DNA from: Cercozoa sp. M6MM
Taxonomy: Eukaryota; Protista; Endomyxa: Ascetosporea
Assembly (NCBI GenBank): GCA_040357565.1
Contig: JBDODJ010000005.1
Strand: one strand, 5' to 3'
Length of the DNA stretch: 64,000 nucleotides
Shown here: positions 41,626 through 54,183 of the stretch, piece after piece
Position numbering within the stretch: position 1 is the first letter of the stretch
How the letters are laid out: the number at the start of each line of letters is the position of its first letter
The notes under the pieces: generated by a model
Databases searched by the model: none
The model's input: the letters and a program-made list of their open reading frames with translations, nothing else
What the model was told of the DNA's origin: nothing
Made by a program: the position numbers and the translations under genes

Positions 41626-42981
41626 CAAAACGTGCCCAAGTCTATAAAAGCTCAGCAACGTAGGTAGCTATACTGTTTCGGTAAGAGACTGTTGGCAGTT
41701 CAGACGTCGCCTAACGACAATAATGTACATGGCATGTATATACATATATATATATATATATATATGCATATGTTCTACCTCGTTCATGGAATCCGGTGTG
41801 GCAAATTGCAACATGCGCGACAGCACCCTTTGTTTGTCCTGTCCCGAAAGCCAGTGCAGACAGGCGTACCTATTAATATCACAGTATCAACAAAAAATAT
41901 CTGCATATCTTTATCAAGGCGTAGTACCACGTGCTGATACGCATGCCCTGTCGCACGTACTTCTTGTTGCTGCTGTACAATGACACGTTTGAGCCGGACG
42001 GACAGAAGTGAGGATTGCCAAAGTGACGTATTGCTGCACTCTCCGCGTGTCTGCCAACACACACACACACACACACACACACACGCCGATACATGTACAT
42101 ACATACACACAGACCCAGAGGTCTATATTTTGTACTCGAGAATGCGGCGCAACATTCGTCGCAGTGTCAGGGTTTTCGAAAGATACAGTAGGTTGCCTGC
42201 CCTGATGCCTGTCGTGCCCAGGCATTCATATAAGATGGGTTGTTTCATATAATACATACACAAAGAGATAAACTATCCAACGTTTGAACGATGGGTTTTG
42301 AGGAGAGCGAGCCGAAGGTACGGTGCAAGATGAGATGGGCTCTGCGCACTTCTTCATCTTCTCGCAGCAGTTCGAATTCGTGACCCTGAGAGAACCACTT
42401 CGCAACGCACTCATCGTCGAAGTCGCTGCCTATAGTCACACACACGCACATACACACGCATACACAGCTAAAGGGCAAGTCAGCAGTCATAGACTACCCA
42501 GAGTGTCGGTGTGGCCGTGTCGATCAGGCCAATGAAAGACAAAGTAAAACGGCGGCACCACGGCATCTATGAGGCGGTCCTGCCGTGTAACATCGATACG
42601 CAGTGAGATTCGTATTTCTTTCATGAAGAGGAAAGATACGCTGCCATCTCCGTTAAATTCGGTCGAGTCAGTTCGATTCGACGCATTCACTCCTATCGTA
42701 AAGATATATACACTCAGTGTAAGTTATAAAGGTTATGTGCGGACGCCAGGAGGGCCTACCACAGCCACGCAGGAAACCACGGTCCAGCTGCTGCGCGTCG
42801 GTTAAAAAGGTCGAACATACGTCCTCATTCTGCAGGTATGCACATAGTTGCACGCACTATGGACCCACTGGCACACACGCACGAGTGGGCACACACACCA
42901 ACGAGTCGATCGAAACGCCACAGCGACACGACAGGTGCCGACGAGACGGGCGGAAGCGCGAGCGTGTAGGACAAGTTTCTG

Positions 42982-43046
<65 letters not shown>

Positions 43047-43165
43047 NNNNNNNNNNNNNNNNNNNNNNNNNNNNNNNNNNNNNNNNNNNNNNNNNNNNNN
43101 NNNNNNNNNNNNNNNNNNNNNNNNNNNNNNNNNNNNNNNNNNNNNNACACTCACACACACACACA

Positions 43166-43250
<85 letters not shown>

Positions 43251-43377
43251 ACACACACACACACATATATAAGCAACCATGATTTGACATAGAAGAGGAT
43301 ACCGTCGTGTCCAATCAAGCCTTTCCAAATGTCATCATTCAGCGGCACTTCCTGTGTACAGACACACAAATACAATG

Positions 43378-43413
<36 letters not shown>

Positions 43414-43537
43414 AGACACAGACACAGACACAGACACAGACACAGACACANNNNNNNNNNAGACACAGACACAGACACAGACACAGACACAGACACAGAC
43501 ACAGACAGACACAGACACAGACAGACACAGACACAGA

Positions 43538-43582
<45 letters not shown>

Positions 43583-45411
43583 GAGAGAGAGAGAGAGAGA
43601 GACAACGGGTACACTGAGTTCAGGAGCCACGCGTGCCATAAACAGAAGCTGTCGCAGTATCGTGGGGTTCACCGAAAGAACCTTAGGAATAATATAAAAC
43701 CAATCTCTGTGCGTAATAGTAGATCTAGATAGGCGGGAGTACCTTATTCTGCGGATCCAGACGATACAACAAAGTGTGCGCGTCACTGCAGGCGGTGTAG
43801 TTCAGCATGCCACCACTGCATACTAGTTTGTGTAGTGCATGCGTGTATGTGTATGTGTATGTGCGCATGCTCTGTGTTGGTGCGGTACTAGCTGGAAACG
43901 GCAGCACGAAGGGCATCCGGGTTCTCGTCCAAGAACTGTCCAGATGTGCATCGGGAAGACACACATAAACATAAGCACAGTTAGTACCGTTCCAAGATGA
44001 GTAACCCGACGTGGTGTTCTCGGCATCGTGGCCAGGACACCTACCGTAATAAGGCATACAAAAGGCCGCAGGTGCAAACAAGGCAGAAGAGTCTCTCACA
44101 GTGCAGCATCGTCGGTGCCATCGTGAGTGCCTGCGACAGCAGTCGCAGCGCCATGTCAAACTTGGCGAGCGCAGTTACCATGTTGATCACTTCGCGCAGA
44201 CTTTGCCTACGAATTTGCGGGAATAAGGGTAGGGAAAAACAAAGGGGAAAGAGCAAAGGCAAAGGGCAAATGGCAAAGGGCAAAGGGTGTTCAAAGACGG
44301 CAGAGTCGTACGCATAGAGTGTGCCGAGTCGAAATTTGAGTGCCGAGTTCGTCTTCACGTTACAGATCTTGCGAAGCTGAAATGCAAGGTGCACATCTAT
44401 GTTAACACACACACACGCGCGCAAGAGAGTACCTCACACAGCATGTCTGGATTTTCACAGTGCAGCAGCTGCGACCACAGTGACTGGAACGTCTCAACTT
44501 CGTCCTCGGTCACCTGTGAGCTTACATTATATACTGTGTATGTGACACATTTAATATAAAAATAAATTCTGCATGTGATATAAAGTCGTATGTGTATGAG
44601 GCTGTCATTCAGTACCCAATGCGCGGACTCTGGTGTAAGTTTCGTGTCCTTGCTCGGCACCCACTGACTCTGCGCACAGTGACTCACTTCGACTTTCGCG
44701 CGACAGTAAATTTAAGTGTCTGGCTGACCGAAAACATGTTCTAACGTACCGAGGCAGGCATTAAAATCTGCGCCATCAAGTGGCATCGCTCTTCCGGTCC
44801 GAGTTTTTCTGTGTGAACCCAAGGTAAGCTCCAAAAGCATTCAGCCAGAGAGAATAGGTGTACCCAGGATCACATCCGACCCACACTGCGAGAAGATGGT
44901 TGCTGTGGCAGAAAAGGCGTAGACACTGTTACCCAACCAACTGCGCACAAAAGTAGTACGGTTGGTCGATGCGCCGAAAAAGCGCGTCTTGAGGATTCGT
45001 TGCCACCTGTTGCTGCGCACCCTGCGTACACACTCTGGTCTTGGGCATTCGCAGAGAGTGATGCTGGCACCAATAAACGGTAATATACCACTCGGAGACT
45101 CGACGACCCAACGCGTTCGCCCTCGAGACCGTGAACTGAATGGTAAAGACAAACATGTATCGACATAAATGCAGACCACAGAGAAGGTGCTTGTTGCAGG
45201 TGCACCATGGTAAGACCCACAAAGGCGGCAACTTGGACCAGGTAGCCTGCAAGCGTGTTGTTATTCGACAAAGGCGCGGTTGGCGTCATTCCAAGCCATT
45301 GTCGCAGGTCCTGCAGTCCACAGACACCACCTCACTTAGGTGCAACACACCCAAGGCACCGAAAACCAAGCTCACCAAGATCACGGCTTTGCCAATGACA
45401 CGCTTCAACAT
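40762..45411 (-). CDS. Novel multi-exon protein, tandem paralog B, with C-terminal F-box-like motif
   Basis: Same exon order and conserved peptides as paralog A, with a conserved upstream region and a C-terminus about 15 aa longer. Contains two assembly gaps within introns. Confidence 0.7.
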
Positions 45412-45639
45412 GGCGAGTAGCGCTCTCAATCACTTGAGAGGCACCACTACTACCAGAGTGTGCAATCGCACCGTAATAAGCCCTGTTCTGCGCACTGTGG
45501 AGCAGAGCGGTAGTTTTCGGTTTTCGCTTTCTTTGATTTGTGCCACACGAGCAGCCGATCCCACATAATTGTTGAGACAAGCACTTCATTTACACTGACA
45601 TGCACACTATCTTCACGGCGGACGTTCCGACGGAATGTT

Positions 45640-47424
45640 TTAGACTTCGGCACCACTTGGCGCTTCCGGATCATCGGCCAGCACGTCGGCATTTTCGGTT
45701 GGACACGTCGAGTCAGTCGTGCCACTGCTGCCGGTGTCAATGGACTGCGGCTCGAGCGAGATTGCCGAAGGTGAATTTTTGCCGCGAGTGGTGCTAGATC
45801 TGCTGCGAACTCCGTGCGACTCGCCGCTTTCGCGACTGGTTTTTTCGGCACTCTCAAGCAGACGTCGATACGCTGCAAACGCACTTTAATTGTTTCACTA
45901 AAGCGACCTGTATACCGAGTACCAAATGCGTTAGCGACACCGCCTCCATTGACGATTGCAACCACCACAACGATGATACCAACGGGCGCTCCTTCGCCGC
46001 CACTTGCGAATGTGTAGATCACCCACGGTGTCTGTCCCGTACGGCAGCAAACTGATTACACAACGCAAGCACCTCCCCCCCCCNNNNNNNNNNNNNNNNN
46101 NNNNNNNNNNNNNNNNNNNNNNNNNNNNNNNNNNNNNNNNNNNNNNNNNNNNNNNNNNNNNNNNNNNNNNNNNNNNNNNNNNNCCCCCCCCCAGGCAAGC
46201 AGCAAATCGTACAAATTGGATGATGTAGACAAGGACAAAGGAAGGCAGTCTCCGGATCGTCTGCTCGAGCTTTTGCGCATCTTCACTGTCTCCGCTCAAG
46301 ACCTCATTGAGATGCTTTCTCTACAGTACAGGCACACTGATGATTACTGCGCCAGGTGTAAAGGCGCAACAAAGAGTAAGAGGAAGTAAAGTGAAAGTAT
46401 CGACACACTCGAACACAACAATGAAATGAATGACCAAAGTCAATATAATTTACCAGCTTGCGCTGAATGGACATGTACAGCACGCTGCTTATCACGATGT
46501 TCGCGAGCATTTCGAGGGTTTGGAACAAGATGTTTCCCGTATGCGTTTTGCTGCCGCACCAGGTCAACTCGGGGCCCAGTTCTACAAAGGAATAGCGATG
46601 CTGTGCGCAGAGCGACGTGAAAAAACAACTTACGGCCAACAATGAACTGGAGAAGCTGAGATTTCACAAAAAGAAGTAGATTTACACAGCAACAAAAAGG
46701 TCAAACACCATCGTAAACTTAGTAGCTACCACGAGCGACAGCGGCCCGCCAAAGCACCAAAGTAAAGTTCGCCAATAGTACGCACCGACGACAGGTTTTT
46801 TCTCCCGCACAACCACCGACCTGGAGGACGCGGGTAACGGAGGAAAATAGGGGGGGCACGCGGGTTAAACGGGGGCAGTACCAAATGAAAAACGCGATGT
46901 AGCCGGAAATGAAGGCCGGCGCGACCAAGAAAATGTTTGTCACGAAGGCGAGCGCGATACAAGCGTCTCCGGTCGTCACATGACCTTGGCTCAGCGATAG
47001 GATGTGGTCTAAGCCGTGTGCCAGTCCGAAACTACGTTTTAACAGACCAAATCATGATGCCACCGACTATTCTAAAACCCGCTTACCAAAAATCAGCGAC
47101 TGCCAGTAGCGCAGGCAAGATTCCGACGACGGGAAACTGACTCTGTGCCCGAGACGCCAGCACAGACTTTGCCGTTCGGAATATAATGTACGAGCTCCCC
47201 GTCATCGACAAGATAATAACAGTCAACGCCACGCTCTATACTTTCAGGGAGATAATATACGACATTACAATCTATCACATCTTTCCTCCATAGAAGAAGA
47301 ATAAATCTAGGGGTTGAAGCACAACGAACGAAAGGGAGATTACATGGATCGTGAGCCAGCTGCCTTTCGGAAGGCCAGCATACTGTTCTTCCTCCGAAAT
47401 CGACTCCATGAGCGTCAAAGTCAT
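45640..47424 (-). CDS. Seven-transmembrane GPCR-like receptor (cAMP-receptor/Git3-like)
   Basis: Several hydrophobic exons: TM6-like IRRLPSFVLVYIIQF and TM7 IIVVVVAIVNGGGVANAF|AY (NxxxY motif), then a Ser/Thr-rich tail ending at TAA 45640. The start is uncertain. Confidence 0.68.
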
Positions 47425-48073
47425 CTTGGCGTTGGTTGACTGCGTTGCTCCACTTTAAAAACTCTTCTTGTCACCGACCTGCAGGAGAGCTGCTAGACAA
47501 GCCTGTTCAGTTGACTTTCTTCCTAAAAATACGCACAATAACGTGTTTCTCAGAACGCCGACCGTCGGTTGGTGTTGGTGGTCTCTGAACTTGACTAAAA
47601 CCCAGAAGCGTTTCGATCTGTTGATCAAATCATCGAAAACAAAAAACGGCCGAGTCAGCGACATTCTTCACGTTGCCGGCCGTTTTGGTTTCGTTCTGGG
47701 CGTTTTTAAGCGAAACGGACGTGGTTTTAGGTCACAAACATTCAAGCTACCGTCTGAATGCGCGGATAGTGTCATACTGGATCCGCGCGATTAGGCAGGC
47801 GTGTTTTATATAGTATCAAAGAAGTAAATCTTTAAACCTGAACCGCACGGTATGTTCGTATGCACTAGTTATCGTGCCCAGCCCGACTCTTTTGGTGCCG
47901 GTGTCACTGCCTTTGTCGGTGCAGTGCCTGTTCACTTCGACCTTGTGATTGCCACATGATCGCACGTAGCCGACTGGACGAAGTATTTTTACAGGAAGGG
48001 GTATAGGAGATGTCAATTTTCGCACAACTGAACGCATCTAGCACGTGGGGTGTAGAACGCTTACTACGCCAAC

Positions 48074-48725
48074 TTAGGCGGAGTCAGCGATCTCGGCCTT
48101 GGGCACGGCGGCCTCCTGCGACTTGGCAACGACGTGCACGTGGCACGGCGAGCGCATCCACGGGTTGATGCGACCGTGGGCACGGTACGTGCGGCGACGG
48201 TGCTTGCGAGCCGGCGAGCACATCACGTCGGTGAGCACGAGCTTCTCCGTGTCGAGGCCCTGCGTGGCGGCGTTGGCCACGAGGTTCTGCAGAACCTGAA
48301 GCACCAGGCGGCACGACTTCTCCGGCCAGCGACCCTGAGCGGTGTGGTACTTCTTGCACTGAGCATGACGGCCGATGCCGCCGGTGTGCACACGGAACGG
48401 GATGATGTCCTGCGCAAAACACACATGCCATCAAGAGCCAACAAAGTACACAGCGATACGTCAGAAAGGACTGCTTTCGCTTTCACTTCGGCTGTGAGGT
48501 GAGGCTACCTCGTGCTTGATGACACGGCGCAGGTAGGCGATGGCCTTCTGGACCGAGTAACCAGAGATGGCGCGGCACACCTCAGCGGTGTTCTGAACAA
48601 ATCAAAAATTTATGTGCATTTCGACACAGAAAACGCAGCACAAAAGCACGGGATACCTTGTAGTGCACACGCTGGTTGAGCAGGCACGCCTTGGCGGCAC
48701 CCTCGGGCAGGTCGACGTACTTCAT
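48074..48725 (-). CDS. RPL17: 60S ribosomal protein L17 (uL22), 3 coding exons
   Basis: MKY..NQRVHYK|NTAEVCRAI..|IPFR..GRHAQ..QGRWPEKS..RRTYRAHGRINPWMRSPCH. Confidence 0.97.
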
Positions 48726-49031
48726 CTCCTGCACAAAAACGCATTATCTGGCGAAATACAGTCCATTTTGCGGAGCCCCACACGCCAGCACCGTCACACG
48801 AAAAATGTGCCCAGCCGCGAAAAAGCGTGCGCAGCGTGCCAGGCCGCTGCAGCAGCTTTACCAGCAGATCTAGAGAACACGGCTTACCACAGATGCGAAA
48901 GTGACGAAAAAATGGATTTTTCGTATTTTATGCGCTGATTGAATTTTCAAGCGAGTCGGCACTCCGAGCAGACGCGTTTTGTAGTTTCACCATGTGCTTT
49001 GGTGTGTGTGGGTAGCTTTTAGTGCGTTTAG

Positions 49032-51739
49032 ATGACAGGATACTTGGTTTTAGACGTGGGTGCACAAAGCATCAGAACTATTGATCTTTCCGAGAAGCCA
49101 CAGGATGTCCACAACAGCAACAACAGCAGCAGCGACAACTGCAGTGACAGCGACATGGATGGTGTACATGAGAGCCCCACCTTGTTGTCGACGTTAAACA
49201 TGCGTCTTGCCTCTCGGCGGAGTAGTTTCCAGGTGGATGATGCAAGTGGCGACAACGAGACCAGCAGCACTTCTCCTACCAGTGAGAGTCAAGATGACGG
49301 GGGTCCCAGTGCCAGAACGGCACTGCTGAATGCCGACCTGGTGGCACACGTGCTCAACTTCGCCTGTGAAAAGGTCGCCGAGACTGCTGAAATGGCATAC
49401 GTGCACCCAGTGTGGGTAGATCGACCTGCACATACGTGTGGGCTCGTGGTGTATGTTGGTGTTATTGTTCCAGAGACAAGCTGTGCAGCATAAGTCGGAA
49501 GACATGTGGCGTCGCTTTGCTGTGCAGAAGTGGCCGGCCTTGCAGAGTCGGAGCAATGTCAACTGGTTCTCGCTGGTGGCGGTACGTCTCATGAGGTGCT
49601 CATAGCACAAGTGTCGCCATCGAAGAGTGCGACTTTGCCTCCTTCCACTCGCAACCTGTACCTCCTTCTTTTGTGGAGCGAGGCAGGCGAAAGTGCTTTT
49701 ACTGAGCTAACCTAGGGCTGGGAGAACAGTGCGCGCTTCCGTTTCCAGTGTCCACTTCGCGTCGGCGGCGCTCTCATGCGTCGCACTGACCAGGGTGCCT
49801 TCGTCCTTTTCTTCCTTTATCTCCCCTTTACATGCGTGTGTACTGCACAGACAATGTGGACCACTGCTTGGTATGTCGAAAGAACGTGCACATTGTCAAG
49901 TCGCGCGACGAACTGGAACAACACGCTTCGGATGGTGCGCTTGCATGTATACGCCATGCAAAGGATCTATGAGTTGTGTACATGCAGGTGAGTGCGTGCG
50001 CTTCGTGCTAAACGAATCGGGCGAGATTTTGACGGAGAGAAACACGCGCGGTCGCACCAGATTGATGATGGGCATGATGATGGCAAGCACTTACAACCCA
50101 CTCCTGAGGTACGGCGTTGAGGCCCTGCGACTGCCGCTGTCCAACCATGCCTTGTACTGGCCGCTGAGTGACGTCTTTGGTGCTCCCTATGTCCTCTCTG
50201 TATGCGTGCTGGGTCTGTATGACATTACGATGTGTCGCAGGCAAGCGCGGGACAAAGCTGTACGAGCAAGACAACAAACTGGTGCAACTGGTGCAACACA
50301 TCGTGTCGTCGTCGTTGTCGGTGTCGCTGGAGGAACGGCACGTGGTGCTACCGGTGCCACGTGCACTCGCTGAGACTGAGGCCGAGCAATTCTTGATGAC
50401 CATGTTCGAGTCTTATGGGGTACCTCCCTGTCAAATCATTGTTGATGCATACATATGCCGCTTGTGTACATGCATACATACGTCTGTGTACTTGTGCAGT
50501 TGCAAGGACTCTCGTTGATTCCTGACGTCGTGTGTGTCACCGAGGGCCAACCAAGCATTGCTGTACAGCTTGGTAGCTTGTTTACACCTTGTCTTGTGCT
50601 ATCCCAAGTTATTGCGTGTATTGGATAGGTGCAACGCATATCACTGTGACTGCTGTCATGCCTTCGTGTGACTTCACTTGTGTACCAATGATGTTTCACC
50701 CCGTGAAAGGTGAGGATGTTCATACACGTGTGTTCACAGGACGGTGACGATATCAAAGTGAGCAACACGAGTGTGCACACGCTTGTGAAGGTCGAAAGTG
50801 CCTTGTGCGCCAACGATCTTGTGGAGTTCTTGCGGCGACGTGCTCGTGTTGCTGTCGGCGACAATGGCAAGGAGGTCAGTTGTTTTCTCCCTCCTTGTGT
50901 TTGTTATTTGCCAGACATAGGTAAGGCACTCAAGACTGTTTCTGTCGCTCGAGAAGAACCAAGTGAGGTTTCTCGCGCTCTGTCCAAAGTAAGAACACCT
51001 CGCCTTGCCGTTTGTGGAATCTGCTGATGCGAAGTACTCTCGCAGATGGTTGAGGTGGCCGCCACCAGTCACGAGTTCGACCACCGCATGCAACTGAGCG
51101 TGCCTGAACAAGTGCGGCGGTACACACTCGATGTCTTTGGTGGCACAAATCCGAATGTGGACCCCAACATTGTCGGTACTCGCTTGTCCGCACGTATGCA
51201 GGATTTTTTCGTTTTTTACGCTTAGTTGTATTGTAACAGGAGCCAAGGTCGAACTGCCGCGGAAAGAGTCGGTTTTCGCAGGCGAAGCTTTGTTTGCGCC
51301 GCTGCTAAAGTCTACGCCAGTGCAGACACTCGTTCGGCGTGTTGTAGACTTGACTGGTGCAGCTTTAATTTTTGTGCTGCTTCAGTGTGTTGGGGGTTCT
51401 CATCTATCTTTGGGCAGGCGCCACGTGGTAGTTGGAGAACGTGTGCCTGGAGGGAGCTCTGGCACAGGCGACTGGGGTTACTGAACGACTGCAGTACGAA
51501 CTTTCGTCTCTTGGCTACGACAACGTTGGTACTGGGCTTACTCTAAATCTTGTATCAAAGCCACCACAATTGCGTTCCTAGCGGTGCGCAACAAGGGCGT
51601 GAACGGTGTCGCACTTGGCGCCAGCAAACTGTGCTACAATGTCGAGCAACATGGCGGCGTGTGCGGTGTGCTCGAAGAGTACGACGAGGTCGGACCCTAC
51701 GGCGACTTTCGCGCTCGATACACCCAGTTTTGGCACTAG
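49032..51739 (+). CDS. Divergent actin-related protein carrying an F-box
   Basis: N-terminal YLVLDVGAQSIR (actin phosphate-1-like), F-box LLNADLVAHVLNF...WRRFAVQKWP, then actin-like VVLPVP..MFESYG, GEALFAP, NVCLEG..GVTERLQYEL and EEYDEVGP. Confidence 0.72.
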
Positions 51740-52562
51740 CAGCCCGGAAGTTAGCTGAGCGGAACAACGAACTCGGCAATGACTCCGACGTCTCCGTCCG
51801 TCGACGCGAATGCGATTTGGAGACGACCATCGTAATTTACAGTTTTGTTACTTTGCCAGGTGATCCAAAAAAAAACTGAGGAACGTAAGAAAGTCTGTTC
51901 TTGGAGGGATAGTGGCCAAGTGTCAGTTACCCCAACGGTTCAGTTGGGCGGCAACCACTGGTAGCCGGGAAAGACACTCCTCAGATGTTTTTATTTAGCT
52001 GGCGTGAAGTAAGGGTATTTTTGTAAGTCTGAAAGCTGCTTCCGTTCCGCGCGGATACAGTAGATCATGCTGTAACAGTTTTAAAAGTTAGACCTATTGA
52101 TACCCTTCATGGCTTATCGCGTGAGCCGCCATGACTACAACACTGTTACTGACGGAACAGAATTAAATTTAAACAGAAAGTCTGTCGTCAATCAGACAAA
52201 GCGAGGGAATCAAATGATTCAGTTTAAAGAAGCGAAGTGAAGGATTTCCCCAACTGGGTTCTTGCGTCAAACTAGACGGAGAAACCTTCTCTCTACAGCA
52301 GATGCGTACTTGTCATGGTGGATACCAGTACAGACTGCAGAGAGCTGATGCCAAGCTCAATCTAAAATTTACAGGACAGGCGTTTAGACAGGTCCAGCCA
52401 CAGCTCTATAGGCAGCAGTACCGCAGAGCCACAAACCCTTACCTCTTCTGCGGAGACTGCATAATCTGAGTCAGTCCATAACAACACTTCCGTTAAAACA
52501 ATGGATGCCGTGCGACATGGTGCCACTTGATGTCTTAGCAGTTCGTCTCGACGTCTGCGATT

Positions 52563-54183
52563 TCAGAAGAAAGGCACAGCCGAGGCAGCAAAGATGTCGG
52601 CGGTGTTGTCGAACTCTGCGTCGGACATGTCCTTTTGTGCAGGCGTGAGACTGAAGCGATGTGATACGCCACGCGGCCGTTTCTCTGTCTTTCGGCGATT
52701 TTCTTCCGTTGGCGGTTTCTTTGGCAGAGCAGTTGCGCTGCGCTTAATCTGCGTGCTCTTAGACCTAAGCTGTTGATGTTGTGCATGCGCCGGCGGGCAC
52801 GGTGCCTGCGCTAGCTTCTTGCCGTTCTTTTTGCAGAAAGGCGCAACGCAGCCTCCTGCGAGGAACGACACATTCCCAGGAGTCATCGCTGTATCAGAAC
52901 AGAAAATGAGCCTACCTGCGATGCAGTGAGCGACGCTTGGATGCACCTGAAATATTGGATTCAGCACATCGCGAAAGCTGTATCTAAACTTAGAAGGTTC
53001 GTGTGGGTGCTTCACGGCATGCATGAAGTGCCGTATCACAGCGGTGCATGCTTTGACTGCCATCTTGACTCCAGGTATCTCCAACAGTACTTGCGAACTG
53101 GTCAAGTCTGCACTTACGTCATGCCTGCAAAACTGATGAATGTTTCAACTCAACCTTCATTCAACATACGTTTGTCGTATCTGCGATGCAGCGACTCGTT
53201 CTGCTCTTCCGTGGACTGAAAGCCGAACAGCACTGGGTAGCCCGAACGGCCATGTACGTTCTCAGACCGCTGCTCCCGCAATGTGTGACCAAACGCGAAG
53301 GAGTCTTGAATCTAAATTCACCCTGTCGACTGCAGCAAGATCGAGATGACCTGCTAGAATCCGGTGTACAGTGTGGAAAACTTTGCCAAGAACGAAAGCG
53401 GCGTGTTTGCGTTGTTCGTTGAGCCAGTAGTGCTGCGCCAGCTTTGCCTTTTTCTCGAGGTCGCCCACAATCAAGGAGGCCAGTTCTAAACACAACAACT
53501 AAAAACAACTAAACATCCCACAAGCAGCGACGGTGTCAACCTTGGTTCGACAGCGCGCGTCTGTTTTTGTACTTGGGAACCATCGAGTGCCTTCTTGTAA
53601 AATTGAACTAGAAAGATAATCACCAAGCGATCGTGGTGGTACCAGTACTGCAGATCACCAGTGTGTGACCTCTTGGCAAGTTTTATCGTGTCGCTGTTGA
53701 AAAGCGTCATTCGCAGCACCTTTTTCGAAGCAAACATGACCGCCTGCGAGCACAATGACACGTGTACTTTCGCTTCAACAGGGTTCGATCGGAAACAGAA
53801 AATCAGCAGCACTGCTTCTTTGGTGCACGTTTTTATCTCCTTGGACGCACATGGCTACAGGGCGAAGAGGGGGGGGGGGGGGGGGGGGGGGGGGGATAAA
53901 ACACGAAGACTAAAAACTAAACTGAAAGCAGACAGTCAATTTACAACGTCAGGCCATCTAGTTCCGATAACTGCACAACAACTGGGAGGTACGGGTTAAG
54001 GTAGAAGTTTAGCTGCAACTGACCAATGGCCTCGGCAAGGTCCTTGTGGCGAGGCCATGCCGAACTCTGCTCGAGCACGTGCATCGTGATTTTCTCATGG
54101 ACTGCTGCCAGCGGTTTTATGGCGTACGCGAAAGTCGAGGTCATCATACAGGCACAAAAAGCCAGCAACAACAAAGCAGTCAT
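52563..54183 (-). CDS. Secreted protein with a Zn-dependent phospholipase C/Het-C-like His motif
   Basis: Signal peptide MTALLLLAFCACMMTSTFA. Spliced motifs VHEKIT, YWYHHD, LGKVFHT|IQDSFAFGH and FQSTEEQNESLHRRYD. The 3' end is approximate. Confidence 0.62.

Noticed and set aside
47236-47445. CTATACTTTCAGGGA (matches the human U3 snoRNA box A region) and a box-B-like TGAGCGT further on
   Set aside because: The spacing is much longer than in U3, there are no convincing C'/C/D boxes, and the opposite strand is an open coding exon of the 7TM gene. Likely chance.
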